From Chrysomallon squamiferum (Eukaryota; Animalia; Mollusca): 64,000 nt of DNA. Both the position numbers and the translations under genes were made by a program. The notes beneath the pieces are model-generated. The model made no database searches, was not told the origin of the DNA, and was given only the letters and a program-made list of their open reading frames with translations. Each line of letters starts with the position of its first letter. The first letter of the stretch is position 1. The DNA is taken from contig CM022678.1 of NCBI GenBank assembly GCA_012295275.1, forward strand, positions 16,306,001-16,370,000, written 5' to 3'. Shown here piece by piece: positions 32,159-54,760 of the stretch.

Positions 32159-33217
32159 CTTTGAAGCAAAATCATCATGTGTCATGTGAATCAGTTTGTC
32201 TGGTTTTTATCTGTCCTGTGAGGATCTTCTGAAATAAACCCTGAAACGAGAATTTTTTATTAATTATTGTCCTAATACTGTATACGTCATTATAACTTAT
32301 CGATGAAATTGGGTATTGTTAAAATGAGATTTATTTACAATTTTTTTTAATTGACACTTTTTCATTTATAATCAGCTTTAATTATAATTTATTTTATCAA
32401 CAATTTATTATTTATCCATAAAATTTTTATATTTATAACAAACTTTAAATATAATCTATCACATAAATATTCTATTATGTATAATAAACTTTAATTGTAA
32501 GTTAATTTAATCAACAATTTACTATTTAAAATGAACTTTAACTGTAACATATTTTATCAACAATTTATTATTTATAACAAACTTTAATTATAATTTATCC
32601 CATGAAAAATATGTATTATTTATAACATACTTTAGTTATAATTTATTTTATGTATAATAATTTTATTTACCTTAATTTTGGGGTCTCGGATGTTGAAGAC
32701 CAGGGTACGATATTTATTTTTATACTTGTGTCCCATGTACTCAAAATAATTGAACAAAGCCTCCTCAGTCTTCAGTGCCAAAGCCTTAATCTCATCAGCA
32801 TCTTTTGTTCTGTAATGTTGTCATCAGATATTTGTTATTTTCAAAAATCCATGTTATGTAATTCTTGTATTGGAAATTTTATAGTGTCTCATAACAAAAA
32901 GTAAATCTAAATAGCTAGAAAAAAGAAAAAAGAGGAATAAATAAAATACTGAAGATAAAAACCAAAAGAATAATTCTTAGCAGAAGAACCACAATTAATC
33001 CCTGATACTAAAATTATTTCTTTCATTGTTAGAATTATTAAATAATTAACATCTAACACATCCATGAAATGTTTTATGGTAAGCTATTTATTATCTTTAG
33101 TTACAAACACTGTAAAGATGTAAAAGACATACCGATTGGCTAAAGCGTCTCTAAGAGGTTTTTTTCTCTCTCTTTTTCCTTTTCTTTTCCCATTCTGTTT
33201 TCCTTGTGAGCCCCCCT

Positions 33218-33249
<32 letters not shown>

Positions 33250-36200
33250 GTCCTCCTTAGTTCTTCTTTCTGTTTTTCTCTTTCTTTCCTTTCTTTTTCT
33301 ATAAGATACAATAAATTATTACAATTTATACAAGTAATATATAAAAAGATTGTTTCTGATCTAAAATACAGCATAAATATTTTTTCGTTTGATTTAAATA
33401 AGTCTTGATATGTGTATTCTTAAATATGGGTAGGTATAATCTAATAGATTTTATTTTCATTACAGTAGAAGCATATTTCCTTGGTATTTTTATTTATATA
33501 AACCTTAAGATAGCAATGAAACAAATATTTATTAATATAAATTTAAATTAAGTACAAATATCTAATTTACCAAAAACAATGGACCATTTCAATGACAGAT
33601 ACAAATCATTTCAAAGAATTAAAATACTTCATTAGAATCAAAAAACCCCAATACATACGTAACTTCAGAAGTTAAGGCCTTGGTAAATTCATCTTGACCT
33701 TTGCCCTAATGACCTGAAAGGTCGGATGATCTTTGAGCCAAGCCTCAAGATTTGCTTCTGTGGGAGCCTCACTTGCAGACAAAATTCGACCAGATTTTCT
33801 TTCCAGTACATGCAACTTGATCGGACTGTTTGAATTGTCCAGGTCTGAACCCTGAAATATTTAAGAATAATTAGCTCTGAGATTGGAAGAAAAATAAAAT
33901 CAATAAATTTACAAATTAAACACTGTTTTAAAATCTTCTAATTAAGAGCATAGAATTATTTTGGAGACACACAGAGATGCAGACACATTAATACAAAAAA
34001 AAAAAAAAAATTACACCTAATGCACACAGAAATCAAATTATATCACTTTTTAGAAATTATTTTGGTTAGAAAGCTCTGTGTTTCGTACCTCTTCTAATAA
34101 TCAGATTTTGTTTTAAAAAAAAAAAAATTCTTTTCAAAGTATTTATTTTATTTCCATATGACCTACAATAATACACTTCAAAAGTAGCACAGATTAAATC
34201 TTAGCTTACATAAAACAATGACATTGATCAGTTGACTTTGTGCCAATTGAACTCAGTAAAAAAAAAAAATTAGATTGTTTATAATGTTGAATTAATTAAC
34301 CTATCAAAATAAATTACTGACATTAAAATTTTCCTGGTTAAACTTGCCACAAAAGAATAGATTAAACTAATTGACAAAAATAAAAAACAATAACAAAAAA
34401 TAAAAAGAATGTTAAATGAAAGATAAACAAATAATTGATTGTTTTCCACTCTAATAGAATATTTAAAAATGTATCATACTTCATTTAATTCTGGTTGGTA
34501 AAACACAATCGTTACAAGTAATTGATTAAAAAGAGAATATAGCACAAATGTGTGCAAATAAAAACAAACAGGCTGACACGTTGGCATAATTTTAAACCAC
34601 ACTACCCAGCCATTCAATAAAACGTTTTGCAATCAATAAAAGAAGTAAAACTAATGTTTTATATCTATTATTACTACTTTTAACTTGTGATCATTTTAAC
34701 TCAATGATATGAGCAAAACAATCAAAGATATATTTGGGTGGAACAGAAGATCAAAGTACTTTGAAAGTCAAATTCAGGGACAATATTTAGGTATTTATAG
34801 ATAGATTTATTCAGAATACATGTTAATTTACTGTGGCATCAAGCAAGAAATCTCTGACACTGACATTATCTAAAGAATTAACTATCACTTACTTTGCTAA
34901 AACCAATCATTTCTCAGTCTTGAGTTCTCGGCATGCTGGGAAATGCAGTCATCACTACAGTAAATAGTGCCTGGACGGACATCCTTCGAACATTCCTTAC
35001 GAATACATTTCTGTTGTTCTTTCAAGACTTTGTCCTCCATGTTCTAAAAAGAATGAAATATTTAAATTTTAAAAAGGGGTCAGGTGTCATTTACTGGTCA
35101 TAGTAATCAGGACATTTACTAAGCAAAAGATAACTGAACAAAGTGTCTTTTGTGTCATAATATAAGACTCTTCAGATGGTGTCTGAGTAATATGCAGACA
35201 TTAATTTGTTGTTTTGTTGTTTAATTACTAGTGGTGATAATTATGAATATTAACATGTTCAGTTACTAATGTTAATGGTTATCACACATACACAATCACA
35301 CAGTAAGAAGACAGGCATCTTCAAAATATATATCACTTCTTAAAGGCAGTAAATTTAAAATCTTCGCAAGTACTGTTATTTAAAAGGAACTTTTTTAATT
35401 TTTATTTCTGATAAATAAATATAATTCTTACTCGGAAAGCTTTAAATCCTTGCTTTTTCTTCTCTTCTTGATTTCTCCCAGCACTTTGAGGCAGATGCCG
35501 GAGTGACCTTCAACTCTGCTTTTACACTTTCTGCAGCTTTCACTGGAGTTTTACAGATACAGCTTGACTTATTTGCATGGAATCAGTCTGTGACAAATAA
35601 ATAAACAGATAAATTAATAAATAAAGAAAAAAAGAAAGAAAGAAACAGGATGACTAGATAAATAAAGATTATGTATTTTTATTTTCAAATCTTCTGTTGT
35701 TATTTTCTTCACAGCTTAATACAAGACAAGTATCTTTTCAGAGTATCAGTATAGAAAAGGAAAATATTTATACAAGCTTTACACCTATACATTTTTCTTC
35801 ATAGTTTATAAGCACAGACATAACTTTTGTACATGTAAGGCAAAAAGATTCCACAGCTTTAGGACTACAAAACATATTACCTCTATGGCTTTAATACAAT
35901 ATAATTTTACCTCTACCTTTAGTAAAAAGTATGCCCTAGCTTCCATAGGTATATAAAGATTTATATATCTTGAGTACAGGCAAATGTGTTATGATCACAG
36001 CTTTAGAGCAGTCAAATGTAATTTTATGTAATAATACTGATCTTGGATTTAAAAAATATAATAATAAAGAAATAAAGAAATAAAAAATGAAAAGATACAA
36101 AACACAACAGTAATACTTACCATAGCTTTAGTACACACAAATATATTACTGTCATAGCTTTAGTGCAAATATATTACTACCATAGCTTTATTACAAACAA

Positions 36201-36345
36201 ATGTATTACCCATTATAGCTTTAGTACAGACAAATGTGTTACTGTCATAGCTTTTGTACAGACAAATATAGTACCAAAGCTTTAGTACAAATGTGTTACA
36301 TTAAAGTTTTAGTACAGACAAATGTATTACCATTATAGCTTTACA
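32159..36345 (-). pseudogene. DIDO-like partial pseudogene, copy 1 (TFIIS-M, BRK and Cys-motif exons; PHD and 5' exons deleted)
   Basis: Copies of exons 9180-12767; internal deletions in several exons; in-frame TAA near the end of the BRK exon (33659-33851); jumps to promoter sequence at ~36345. Confidence 0.9.
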
Positions 36346-37327
36346 AATATTTATTTAAAATGTATTAATATTGCTGAACTAGAACAGAATACCATAATAT
36401 AAATTATAACACATGAACAAATGCAAAAACATATTAAAAAATATTGCAATGACTACTGTTTCATTAGTTTTCTTTTTCATTTCGTTCTCGAACGCCATAT
36501 TTTCTCCAATGATTAATTTCTCGAGTGATTAATTTTCGATGGCATCTGATTTTGCTAGCTGTTATAACAATATTTTCGTTTAGACTGCTCGATATATATA
36601 TATTATGATAGCGATATACAGTGAAAACGTACAAAGGAAAATGCGCATTCTTATTTCTTCAAATTTACAAAAGTTGGATAGATAGTAGTATCGTCAATGC
36701 GGTATAATTGTTTAATTTTATTTGGTACCTAAATCATTTACAACGAAAAACAGAAGAAGAAGAATTTAATGTTTTAATTAAACAAAAAAAAACAACAAAA
36801 AATGAATATTTTTATGCATTATAAAACATTTCCATGATTATCTCTAATTTAAATTTGGTACTTTTTTCTTTCGGGGCGGGATATTTAAATACGTTAACGT
36901 CATTCATACATGGCGTCATTGTTATAAAACAGAAGTCCTATTACATTTTGTTATCGTGGTTTGAAAATTTTCAAAGGTAAGAACTGTTTGAAGTAATGTT
37001 TAGTAAGTGGGGATCTAACTACTGCCAAATGACTTTGAACAATATTTATTCATTTTTCGAAATGTAACGTGTTATAACTTGTAAACACTTTTCTACAGGA
37101 TATCCTATAGTTATACTGTTATGTCACATGGTAGCTCCTTGACGGAAGTCATCTTTTGGACTATTTTATTATTATAGGGATAAATAGTATTAATAATAAT
37201 AAATTTTAAAAAGCCGCAATTAAAAAAAAAAGAGAGAAAAAAAAGAAAAACGTTTTCATTTTCTAAGTTTCAAATACTTATATTTACTCTCCCAGTTTGC
37301 CATCATTATCATACCTTTAGTATGAAC

Positions 37328-37363
<36 letters not shown>

Positions 37364-37479
37364 CTCTCAGACACACATGTTCAGAAAAACACACGTTCAG
37401 GAAAACATCACATATTTCCATATGCAGATGCATATACAAGGTTGTAGGTTCATATACTCCAAAATAAACCTGCAACCTT

Positions 37480-37770
37480 GCATCTCTCTTGTGTTGTGGT
37501 CGCGTTTTGTGCTGTATTTAGCCAAATTTCTTTTTTCTGATCATGGATCCTTAGAAATTGAGTGCAAAAGACAGTGCTGAGAAGAAGAAGCGGTTGACGT
37601 CCATTGAATTAAAGCTTGAACTCATAGAAATACATGAACCAGGTGTGCATGTCGTCATTGGCTAGGCACTATGAGCATAGTACTTCTACGTTATGTACCA
37701 TATTGAATCGGAAGGATTCGATAAAGGCCGTAACTCCAGCGATACTCGTTAAAATAATTTGTCTGATCTT
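37480..37770 (+). mobile_element. Duplicated Tigger/pogo remnant
   Basis: Matches 24145-24440 (gacagtgctgagaagaagaagcg...tccattgaattaaa). Confidence 0.8.
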
Positions 37771-38085
37771 CAAGATGAACACACTTTACAAAATCCATTT
37801 TTTTCCTTAGAATATTTGTCATTTAAAAATACGTTATTTAAAAAGATATATGTACACACCCACACTGCATTCATTCATATACACAAACACAACCAAGTAT
37901 GCATGCACAAAATATATATACATACCAATGTGAAACATGTACGTTTTCATGTATGCATTCACTTTCATCTCTTTATAAATACGTCTCATACACACACACA
38001 CAAAAACACACATACACATACACACATGCACACATATTCACATACACTATTATAGGATTAAGTTGAAAGTAATTTAATAATCTAG

Positions 38086-41326
<3,241 letters not shown>

Positions 41327-42308
41327 TATGACAAAATTTTGATGGATGGCATATATACATTGGCATATTTTTTCTTCTTCTTAATTTTATTTTCCATTGT
41401 TATTCTTAACAATAAATATTAATGTTAATTATAACATATTTTATGTTCCTCTGAAAACTGATATTTCTAAGGAACATTTTTGAATCTACCGTTCCAGCAG
41501 TGATAATTAGTTGACATTAATTTCAAACGAACATTAATATTGTTAATTATGTAACTGTTTCCAGTTCACTGTCTTTTTCAGTTTTTTATCATTTGTAAAT
41601 GTGATGCAAAAAACCCACAAAAAAATCCCCACACTCATTAATATTGTTAATTATATAACTGTTTCCAGTTCATTGTCTTTTTTGTATCATTTTTCCATGT
41701 GATACAAAAAAACAACTTTCCACACCCACTAATATTGTTAATTATATAACTGTTTCTAGTACATTGTCTTTTTAACGAAAAATGTGTTTCTTAATTTTTT
41801 TTAAATCCCCCCAAAAAAATCCTCACTTTTATTGTTAATCTTTATTTTATTTTTACAGTTGTCAGTTGTAAATAAAATTTCCATTTTCTTATTAAAAAAA
41901 AAAAAAAAAAATTCTATTTAGTTTTGTAATTTAATTAATGTGACAGTAATATAAAAAGAAAACAAATATATATTATTTGATTTGTAGATTACTGTACCTG
42001 GTGACCAGTACAGACTAAATACTTTATAGTTTAGTTCATGTAAATTATCACCAGTTTTAACCAAAAATAAAATAAAAACCCTTTTTTATATTTTATTTTG
42101 TAACTTAATCAATATGAGAGTAATGCAAACAAACAAACAAATATATATTATTTGTTGATTACTGTACCTGGTGACCAGTACAGACAAAATGTTATATATT
42201 TTACTTAATGTAAGTTATCACCAGTATTAACATCAAATTTGTATTTTTTTTCTTCTCCAACTTTTAGTTTTTCTTTTATGGTTGCAGTAATGGCAGGAAT
42301 GGGCGTAA

Positions 42309-45300
42309 CTTTGAAGTCAAATCCTCATGTGTCATGTGAATCAATTTGTTTTGTTTTATCTGTCCTGTGAGGATCTTCTGAAATAAACCCTGAAACAAGA
42401 ATTTTTTTATTAATTATTGTCCTAATACTGTCAACATCATTATAACTTATCGATGAAATTGGGTATTGTTAAAATGAGATTTAATTACAATTTTTTTTAA
42501 TCATCCTTTTTTTATTTATATTGAGCTTTAATTATAATTTATTTTATCAACAATTTATTATTTATCCATAATTTTTTTTTAATTATTTATCCATAAACAA
42601 TTTTATCTGTATAACAAACATTCATTATAATTTATCACCTAAACATTTATCATGTATACCAAACTTTAATTGTAGTATATTTTATCAACAATTTATTATT
42701 TATAAAGAACCTTAATTATAATTTATCCCATAAAAAATGTATTATTTATAACAAATTTCAATTATGATTTATCCCATAAAAAATTTATTATTTATAACAT
42801 ATTTCAGTTATAATTTATTTTATGTATAATAATTTTATTTACCTTATTCTTGGGGTCTCAGAGTTTGAAGATATTTATTTTTATTCTTCAGTCCCATGTC
42901 CTCAAAATAATTGAACAATGCCTCCTCAGTCTTCAGGGCCAAAGCCGTAATCTCATTCGTTGAGTACATCATAAGCATCTTTTGTTCTGTAATTTTGATA
43001 TCAGATATTTGTTATTTTCAAAAATCAATGCTATGTAATTGTTGTATTGGAAATTTTATACTCATAATAAAAAGCAAATCTAAATAGTTAGAAAATAAAT
43101 TTATTTTGAAATATTAATACTGATAATGGATTTAAAAAATAAAGAGAGAAAAAACAAAAAACTAAAGATCAAAAACAAAACAATAATACCTAGCAGAAGA
43201 ACCACAATTAATTACTGATACTAAAATTATTTCTTTCATTCTTAGAATTATTAAATAATTAACATCAAGTTAAAACATCCATAAAATGTTTTATGGTAAG
43301 CTATTTATTATCTTTTGTAACAAAGACTGTAAAGATGTAAAAAACATACTGATTGGCTAAAGCGTCTCTAAGAGGTTTTTTAACATTCAGTCTGATTGGA
43401 TCAGGGCCTTCTGCTCCTTTATTTTTCTCTTCTGATTCCGTTCTTAACTTCTCGACTTTCTTTCTCTTTTTCATTCTCCCATTATCTTTTCCTTCTGCCC
43501 CTCTCACTCTCTTTCTCTTTTCTCTCTCCTCCTTAGTTCTTCTTTCAGTTTTTCTTTCTTTCCTTTCTTTTTCTATAAGATACAATAAATTATTACAATT
43601 TATACAAGTAATATATAAAAGAATTCTTTCTTATCTAAAATACAACATAAATATTGTTTCGTTTGATTTAAATAAGTCTTGATTATGTGTATTCTTAAAT
43701 ATGGGTAGGTATAATCTAATGGATTTTATTTTCATTACAGTGGAAACATATTTCTTTGGGATTTTTATTTATCTAAACCTTAAGATAGCAATGAAACAAA
43801 TATTTATTAATATAAAATTAAATGAAGTACAAATATCTAATTCACAAAAAAAAAAAAATTGACCATTTCAATGACAGATACAAATCATTTGAAAGAATTA
43901 AAATAATTCATTATAATCAAAAAACCCCAATACATACATCATTTCAGCAGGTAAGGGCTGCGTAACTTCATCCTGATATTTGCCCTGATGACCTGAAAGG
44001 TCGGATGATCTTTGAGCCAAGCCTCAAGATTTGCTTGTGTGAGAGCCTCACTTGCACACAAAATTCAACCAGGTTTTCTTTCCAGTACATGCAACTTGAT
44101 CGGACTGTTTGAATTGTCCAGGTCTGAACCCTGAAATATTTAAGAATAATTAGCTCTGAGATTGTAAGAAAAATAAAATCAATAAATTTACAAATTAAAC
44201 ACTGTTTTAAAATCTTCTAATTAAGAGCATAGAATTATTTTGGAGACACACAGAGATGCAGATACATTTATAACAAAAAAAAACAACAACAACCAAACTT
44301 ACACCAAAATATTTTAATTATATCACTTTTAGAACATATAAATCAGGAAATTATTTTGGTTAGAAAGCTCTGTGTTTCATACCTCTTCTAATAATCAGGT
44401 TTTGTTGAAAAAAAAAATTATTTTCAAAGTATTTATTTTATTTCCATATGAATTACAATAATACACTTCAAAAATATCACTAATTAAATCTTAGCTTACA
44501 TAAAACCCTGACACTGATAAGTAGACTTTGAGCCAATGCAACAAAACAAAATTAATTAAATTGTTTTTAATGTTGAATTAATTAACCTATCAAAATAAAT
44601 TACTGACATTAAAATTTTCCTGGTAAAACTTGCCACAAAAGAATAGATTAAACTAATTTACAAAAATAAAAAAGAATGTTAAATGAACGAGAATAAACAA
44701 ATAATTGATTGTTTTACACTCTAATCAAATATTTCAAAATGTATCATACTTCATTTAATTCTGGTTGATAAAACACAATCGTTACAAGTAATTGATTAAA
44801 AAAAGAGAAATGTGTGCAAATAAAAACAAATAGGCTGACACATTGGCATAATTTTAAAACACTCTACCCAGCCATTCTATAAAACTTTTTTCAAAGAATA
44901 AAATACGTAAAACTAATTTTTTATATCTATTATTACTACTTTTAACTTGTGATCAATTTAACTCAATGATATGAGCAAAACAATTGGAGATATATTTGGA
45001 TGGAACAAAAGATCAAAGAACTTTTAAAGTCAAATTCAGGGACAATATTTAGGTATTTATACATGATTTATTCAGAATACATGTTAATTTACTGTGGCAC
45101 AAAGCAAGAAATCTCTGACGTACTTTGCTAACACCAATCATTTCTCTGTCTTGTCTGATGTCTTTACCTCTACCTTTAATAAAAATATTCCCAAATGGAT
45201 TTCAGATGTGTTACCATCACAGCTTTAGAACAGATAACTGTATTACTTTCACAGTATCAATAAGACAAATGTGTGATCATTATATCTTTAGTACAGACAA

Positions 45301-48300
45301 ACATGTTACTGTCAGAGCTTTAATGCAGACAAATATATAACCTTCTTAGCTTTGATACAAACAAAGGTATTACCATCATAGCTTTAGTACAGACAGGACA
45401 AACATGTTCCTCGTTGTTTTTTTTCCATGTCCTTCCCTCTGTTCTTAGATATCCCTATACAACTTCCATGGAACCATTCTTAACAGTCATCACAGGAGAT
45501 CATAAATCTGAAATTCAATTTAGTTTAGAATCCTAGTGTAGCATAACATAAAAATTTAATCATTTATATTCAATTAAAATGGATATAAATATAATAGATA
45601 AATAAATAATAATTAATGCAACGTCAAAGAGTTGGCATTCAAAATAAACAAGTTATATTTTCACCAAGGGATTTTGTATATGTCTTTAATTTTCGAAAAC
45701 TGAAAAATCTGGCCAAGAACAAAGTTTCAATAAAGAAAGAGAAATGAAAATAAATGTATTATAAGCATGTTGCATGGAAAGTTTTGAGATTGAAATTACA
45801 TCAGGATATATTACACATTAAAAGTTAACCTCAGCATCTTTCCACAGAAGGAAAAAGCACAAAACAATGGCCTTAAGTGTCAAGTCCTACAAACAAGATG
45901 AATAAAAGATGTAAAAATGTTTCATTATTATATACCTGTTATTGTGTGGCTTGCGGCAAATGCAATATAATGTGTCTGGATCATTTCTACGTTCCCAATC
46001 AGAATCATTTTCATCATCTTCAAAACTCAGCTCTCTACTATCATCTGAAAGAAATACATTTCAAAATGACTTACTACCTGGCTACTGTATCTAAATGTAT
46101 TAAAACAATAACAAATATCTGTCTATACGTTTATGTGTGTGAATGTGTGTGTATGTTTGTGTTTGCTGCACTAAATAATCTGATGTGTATATCTAATTAA
46201 AAAATAATAATAATAATAAAAATACTAACTAATGAAAAATAAAAAATAAAAAAGAATTTCTTTATACACTGTGACACAGGTAATTATATATTTTTAATTT
46301 ATGAAATATATCCTTTTTAATTGTTGTTGTTCTTTTTTATATTTCTTAGGATCTTGAAGATGAAACAAATAATTATTTAAATCTAAAATTTGAAATCTGT
46401 TCAATTTATCTCATTGTAGAAAGATAAAAAGCGACTGCTAAAAAATAATAATAGAAAGAAAGAGAAGGAAAAGTGATAATCGATATACCAAGATGACACT
46501 GGAAGAGAATAGGTTACTAAACAATCATCTGATCTGTCTATGTGAAATAGTGAAAAAATGATCAACTTTTACAACTGACAACATTTGTTTTTCTCTCTCC
46601 AGTAAAAATTGGTGTTCTATAGCCAAAATTAATGAAACCTAGATATAAATTCAACTTGTAGGTAAAAACAAAAATATGTTAGCCAAATACTGATACAAAT
46701 TCAGTTTGTAAATATAAATAAAAAATTATTAGCCAAGCTTTCTAAAATTCGAAATATAGGTAGATGTAAATAAAAACAGACAAGGGCAATCTGATCAATT
46801 ATATGTGTAAAATGCAACTTGTAGATGTAAGTAAAACTGATCAGTGAAATTTAATAAAACATAGAAATTCAGCTTCTAAATGAAGTTAAATCAGACAAAG
46901 TTAATAAAACACATATGAAAATTCAACTTGCAGATATAAAATAGTCTAAAAGAAAACTTCAACCATATTCAGTAAAAATGAAACAGAAATACAACTGTCA
47001 CTTGGCATCTGATTCAAACACTATTTTAAGATTTCATCAGACTAGCTTTGCCTTTCTTCACAAAATGTTTGGGCTTTTAGACAGTTTAAGAAAATGAAGA
47101 ACTGGTTTTTTTGAGACACAATTCAAGGATTTCTGATGTACATAGTGTATAATTAGTTTAAATAGATATTTAAAAACTCTGAACCTAACTCTCCTGGGAG
47201 AAAGCCGTCTAGATTCCAGTGTTCTACGTGACTGTTTGGGTTTATCACTGTGGCCACATTACTGGTTATTATAACTGACTGGTTCACAATCTGCTTCAAA
47301 GTTGAATTACCAAACTGAGTGGTTTGTGATGTAAGTAATTCTCCAGGAACAGTAGATTCCAAAACAGTTGGAGTTGAATCTGGTGTGTCTGCTCTATTTT
47401 GTGCTGCTAAAACTGAATCAGATGCTGATGACTCTGAAACTGGCACAACTGAAGCTTGTGTTGTTGCTGATGATGCGAGTGCAGCACTTGATTTTGGTCC
47501 TCATGTCACCAACTTCAATTGTAAATTAGATGAAACTGTTTCCAAAGAGTTTCAATAATATCAGATATTTTGATCTGGTGAAGTGAAGTTTAGTTTCAGG
47601 ACTTAATACACTTGCTATCTGTGTAGCTGTTGTTTCTGCCTTCTGCAGTGATTCCGACATTTCAAACACATAAAAAAATGGAAAAAAATAAAAAAATAAA
47701 CCAAGACAGTTTTCCGTTATACAACCAAACCACGTTACTAATACTAATAATAAATATGCTAAAATAAACACACAATTAATACTAAGTGATCACTGAAGAA
47801 ATACACACTAAATTATGGAAGGTAGTTGCTATTTCATTATTTGTTCAGACTTCAAGTGATTAAGTTTTAAATATAAATGACTGACACACACGAGTACAAT
47901 TGAAGTATGCTAGTTCCTGATTCAGTTCAAGTGAAATACTCTAATTTTAGAAATGGGAATATTTATCGGTAGTTATTTATAAACGACAACACGTAGATAA
48001 GGGAAAGAAATTAACTAAAGGCCGAACCCTGGAACGAAATAAAACAAAAACGAAAATAAATCTCACACCATTATTATGACACTGGGCACTTGTGTCTACA
48101 TCATTTGTAAGCACAACATAATAACTCAATATATATATAAGAAGCAAACAAAGTTGTGCCAAATCCAATCTAACGTATATTCGTAATTCTAATTCAGTAA
48201 TTCACTAATTGTAATCTATGTTCTAACTTACTTAATTTTCTAAACCTGCTTCATATTTTACTTTGTCTGCTTACCTTAACCATCACACTTCGTACAGAAC

Positions 48301-48420
48301 AGCTAATTATAATGTGCAAATCGATGACTGCAGCTAGTACATGTCAAAAGTCGGAATTATTTCATTTCTTTCGTTAAACTCTCATCGACATTTTCGCAAA
48401 ATAAAGCCACCATTAGAAGT
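42309..48420 (-). pseudogene. DIDO-like partial pseudogene, copy 2 (TFIIS-M, BRK, PHD, first coding exon, 5' exon)
   Basis: PHD exon reads ATC TCC TGT GAT GAC TGT TAA (Cys to Ser, then stop); TGA at the end of the BRK exon; frameshifted copy of the first coding exon (47153-47660) with its acceptor changed cag to cat. Confidence 0.9.
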
Positions 48421-49419
48421 GCGTGGCTGCTTCCTAAACATTAATATTTCTTATGAATTATAAATAGCCGTTACTTGATTCTAGAAATATTTATCCGAAA
48501 TATATTAGTACAGCTTAAATAGAACAGCATACCATAATATAAATTATAACACACATTGAACAAATGCATGAAGATATTAAAATATATTACAATGTCGACT
48601 GTTTCATTAGTTTTCTCTTTCATTTCATTCTCGATAGTCATTTGTTCTCCAATATCTGAGTGATTAATTTTGGAAAGCATCTGATTTTGGTAGCTTTTAT
48701 AACAATATTTTCGTTTAGATTGCTCGATATATATATATATATATTATGATAGCGATATACAGTGAAAGCGTACAAAGGAAAATGCGCATTCTTATTTCTT
48801 CAAAGTTACAGTAGTTGAATAGAGTGTAGTACCGTCAATGCGGTATAATTGTTTACTTTAATTTGGTACCGAAATCATTTACAAGGAAAAATAAAAGAAG
48901 AAGAAATTAATGTTTTAATTGAAAAAAAAAAAAAAAAAAAAAAAATGAATATTTTTATGCATTTAAGCAACATTTCTATGATTATCTGTAATCTAATTTT
49001 GGTACTTTTTTCGTTCGGGGCGGAATATTTAAATACGTTAACGTCATTCAGACATGGCGTCATTGTTATAAAACAGAAGTCCCATTACATTTTGTTATTG
49101 TGTTTTGAAAATGTTCAAAGGTAAGAACTGTTTGAAGTAATGTTTAGTAAGTGGAGATCTAACTGCTAGCAAATGACGTTGAACAATACTGTTTCATGTT
49201 TCTAAATGTAACGTGTTATCCCATAGTTATACTGTTATGTACATGCTGGCTCCTTGGCGGAAGTGACCTTTTGGACTATTTTATTATTATAGAGATTAAT
49301 AATAATGAATTTTAAAAAGCCAAAATAAAAAAAAAAGAGAGACAGAAAGTTTTCTTTTTCTAATTTTTATATTTACTCCACCAGTTTGCCAGCATTAGCA
49401 TCCCTGTAGTATGAACAAA

Positions 49420-49488
<69 letters not shown>

Positions 49489-49599
49489 TGCACTCAGACA
49501 CAAATTTTCAGAAAAACACACGTTCAGAAAAACATCACATATTTCCATGTACAGATGCATATACCAGGTTGTAGGTTCATATATTCCAAAATAAATCTT

Positions 49600-49911
49600 T
49601 AACCTTGTTTTCTGGTCGCGTTTTGTGCAGTATTTTGCCATATTTCTTTTTCTGACAATTGATCCTAAGAAGGTGAGTGCGAACGACACTTCTAAGAAGA
49701 AGAATCGGATGACGTCCATTGAATTAAAGCTTGAATTCATAGAAATACATGAGCGAGGTGTGCATGTTGTCGACTAGGCTAGGAAATACGAGCATAGTAC
49801 TTCTACGATATGTACCATATTGAAGCTGAAGAATTCGATAAAGGCTGTAACTCTATATATATATATGCATACACAGTTGAACCTTGACTTACGAGAGCCC
49901 CCACTTACGAG

Positions 49912-49912
<1 letters not shown>
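49600..49912 (+). mobile_element. Duplicated Tigger/pogo remnant with TIR fragment
   Basis: Matches 24160-24400; cagttgaaccttgacttacgagagccc at ~49873. Confidence 0.8.

Positions 49913-50001
<89 letters not shown>
49913..50001. repeat. (GT)n microsatellite
   Basis: Pure GT run. Confidence 0.97.
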
Positions 50002-50003
<2 letters not shown>

Positions 50004-50666
50004 TTGTGTGTGAACAGTTCGATTCCAAAACGCGATCAATCCATTTTCTTTCTTTGGAGAGGAATAACTATTTCTAATCTGGTGTTGATAACATTTTATG
50101 TAACGAAGGTCTATAGTCTACTGAATAGAACAGCGGCTGACGAAGAATTTTGAGGAAAATGATTATAGCGCGTTGAACGCCTGTCAACGCTGAACTTTTG
50201 GTGGAGTATTTTTTTTTAAATTTTGATTTTGGCGTTTATCGCGTTTTTGAATTAAAGTTATAAATACATACATATACATATCTCTTTGCGCGCGCGCATG
50301 TACCAAATACATTAACCACCACCAATAACATTTTACAAACAAGCACATATCGAAGCTCGCACACACATGAACACGCACTGTTATACACACTTATATATGT
50401 GCCTGCATGCACACAGCCACACTGCAATCATTCATATACACAAACACAACCAACTATGCATACACAAATACATACACATTCCAATGTGAAACGTGTACGT
50501 GTTCATGTATGCATTCACTTACATCTCTTTATATATACGTCTCTCTCACACACACACACACACATTCACACCCATGCACACATATTCACTTACACTATTA
50601 TTGGATTAAGTTGAAAGTAATTAAATCATTATTTAATTATATTAAGTAATTAATTTAATAATCTAG

Positions 50667-54760
<4,094 letters not shown>

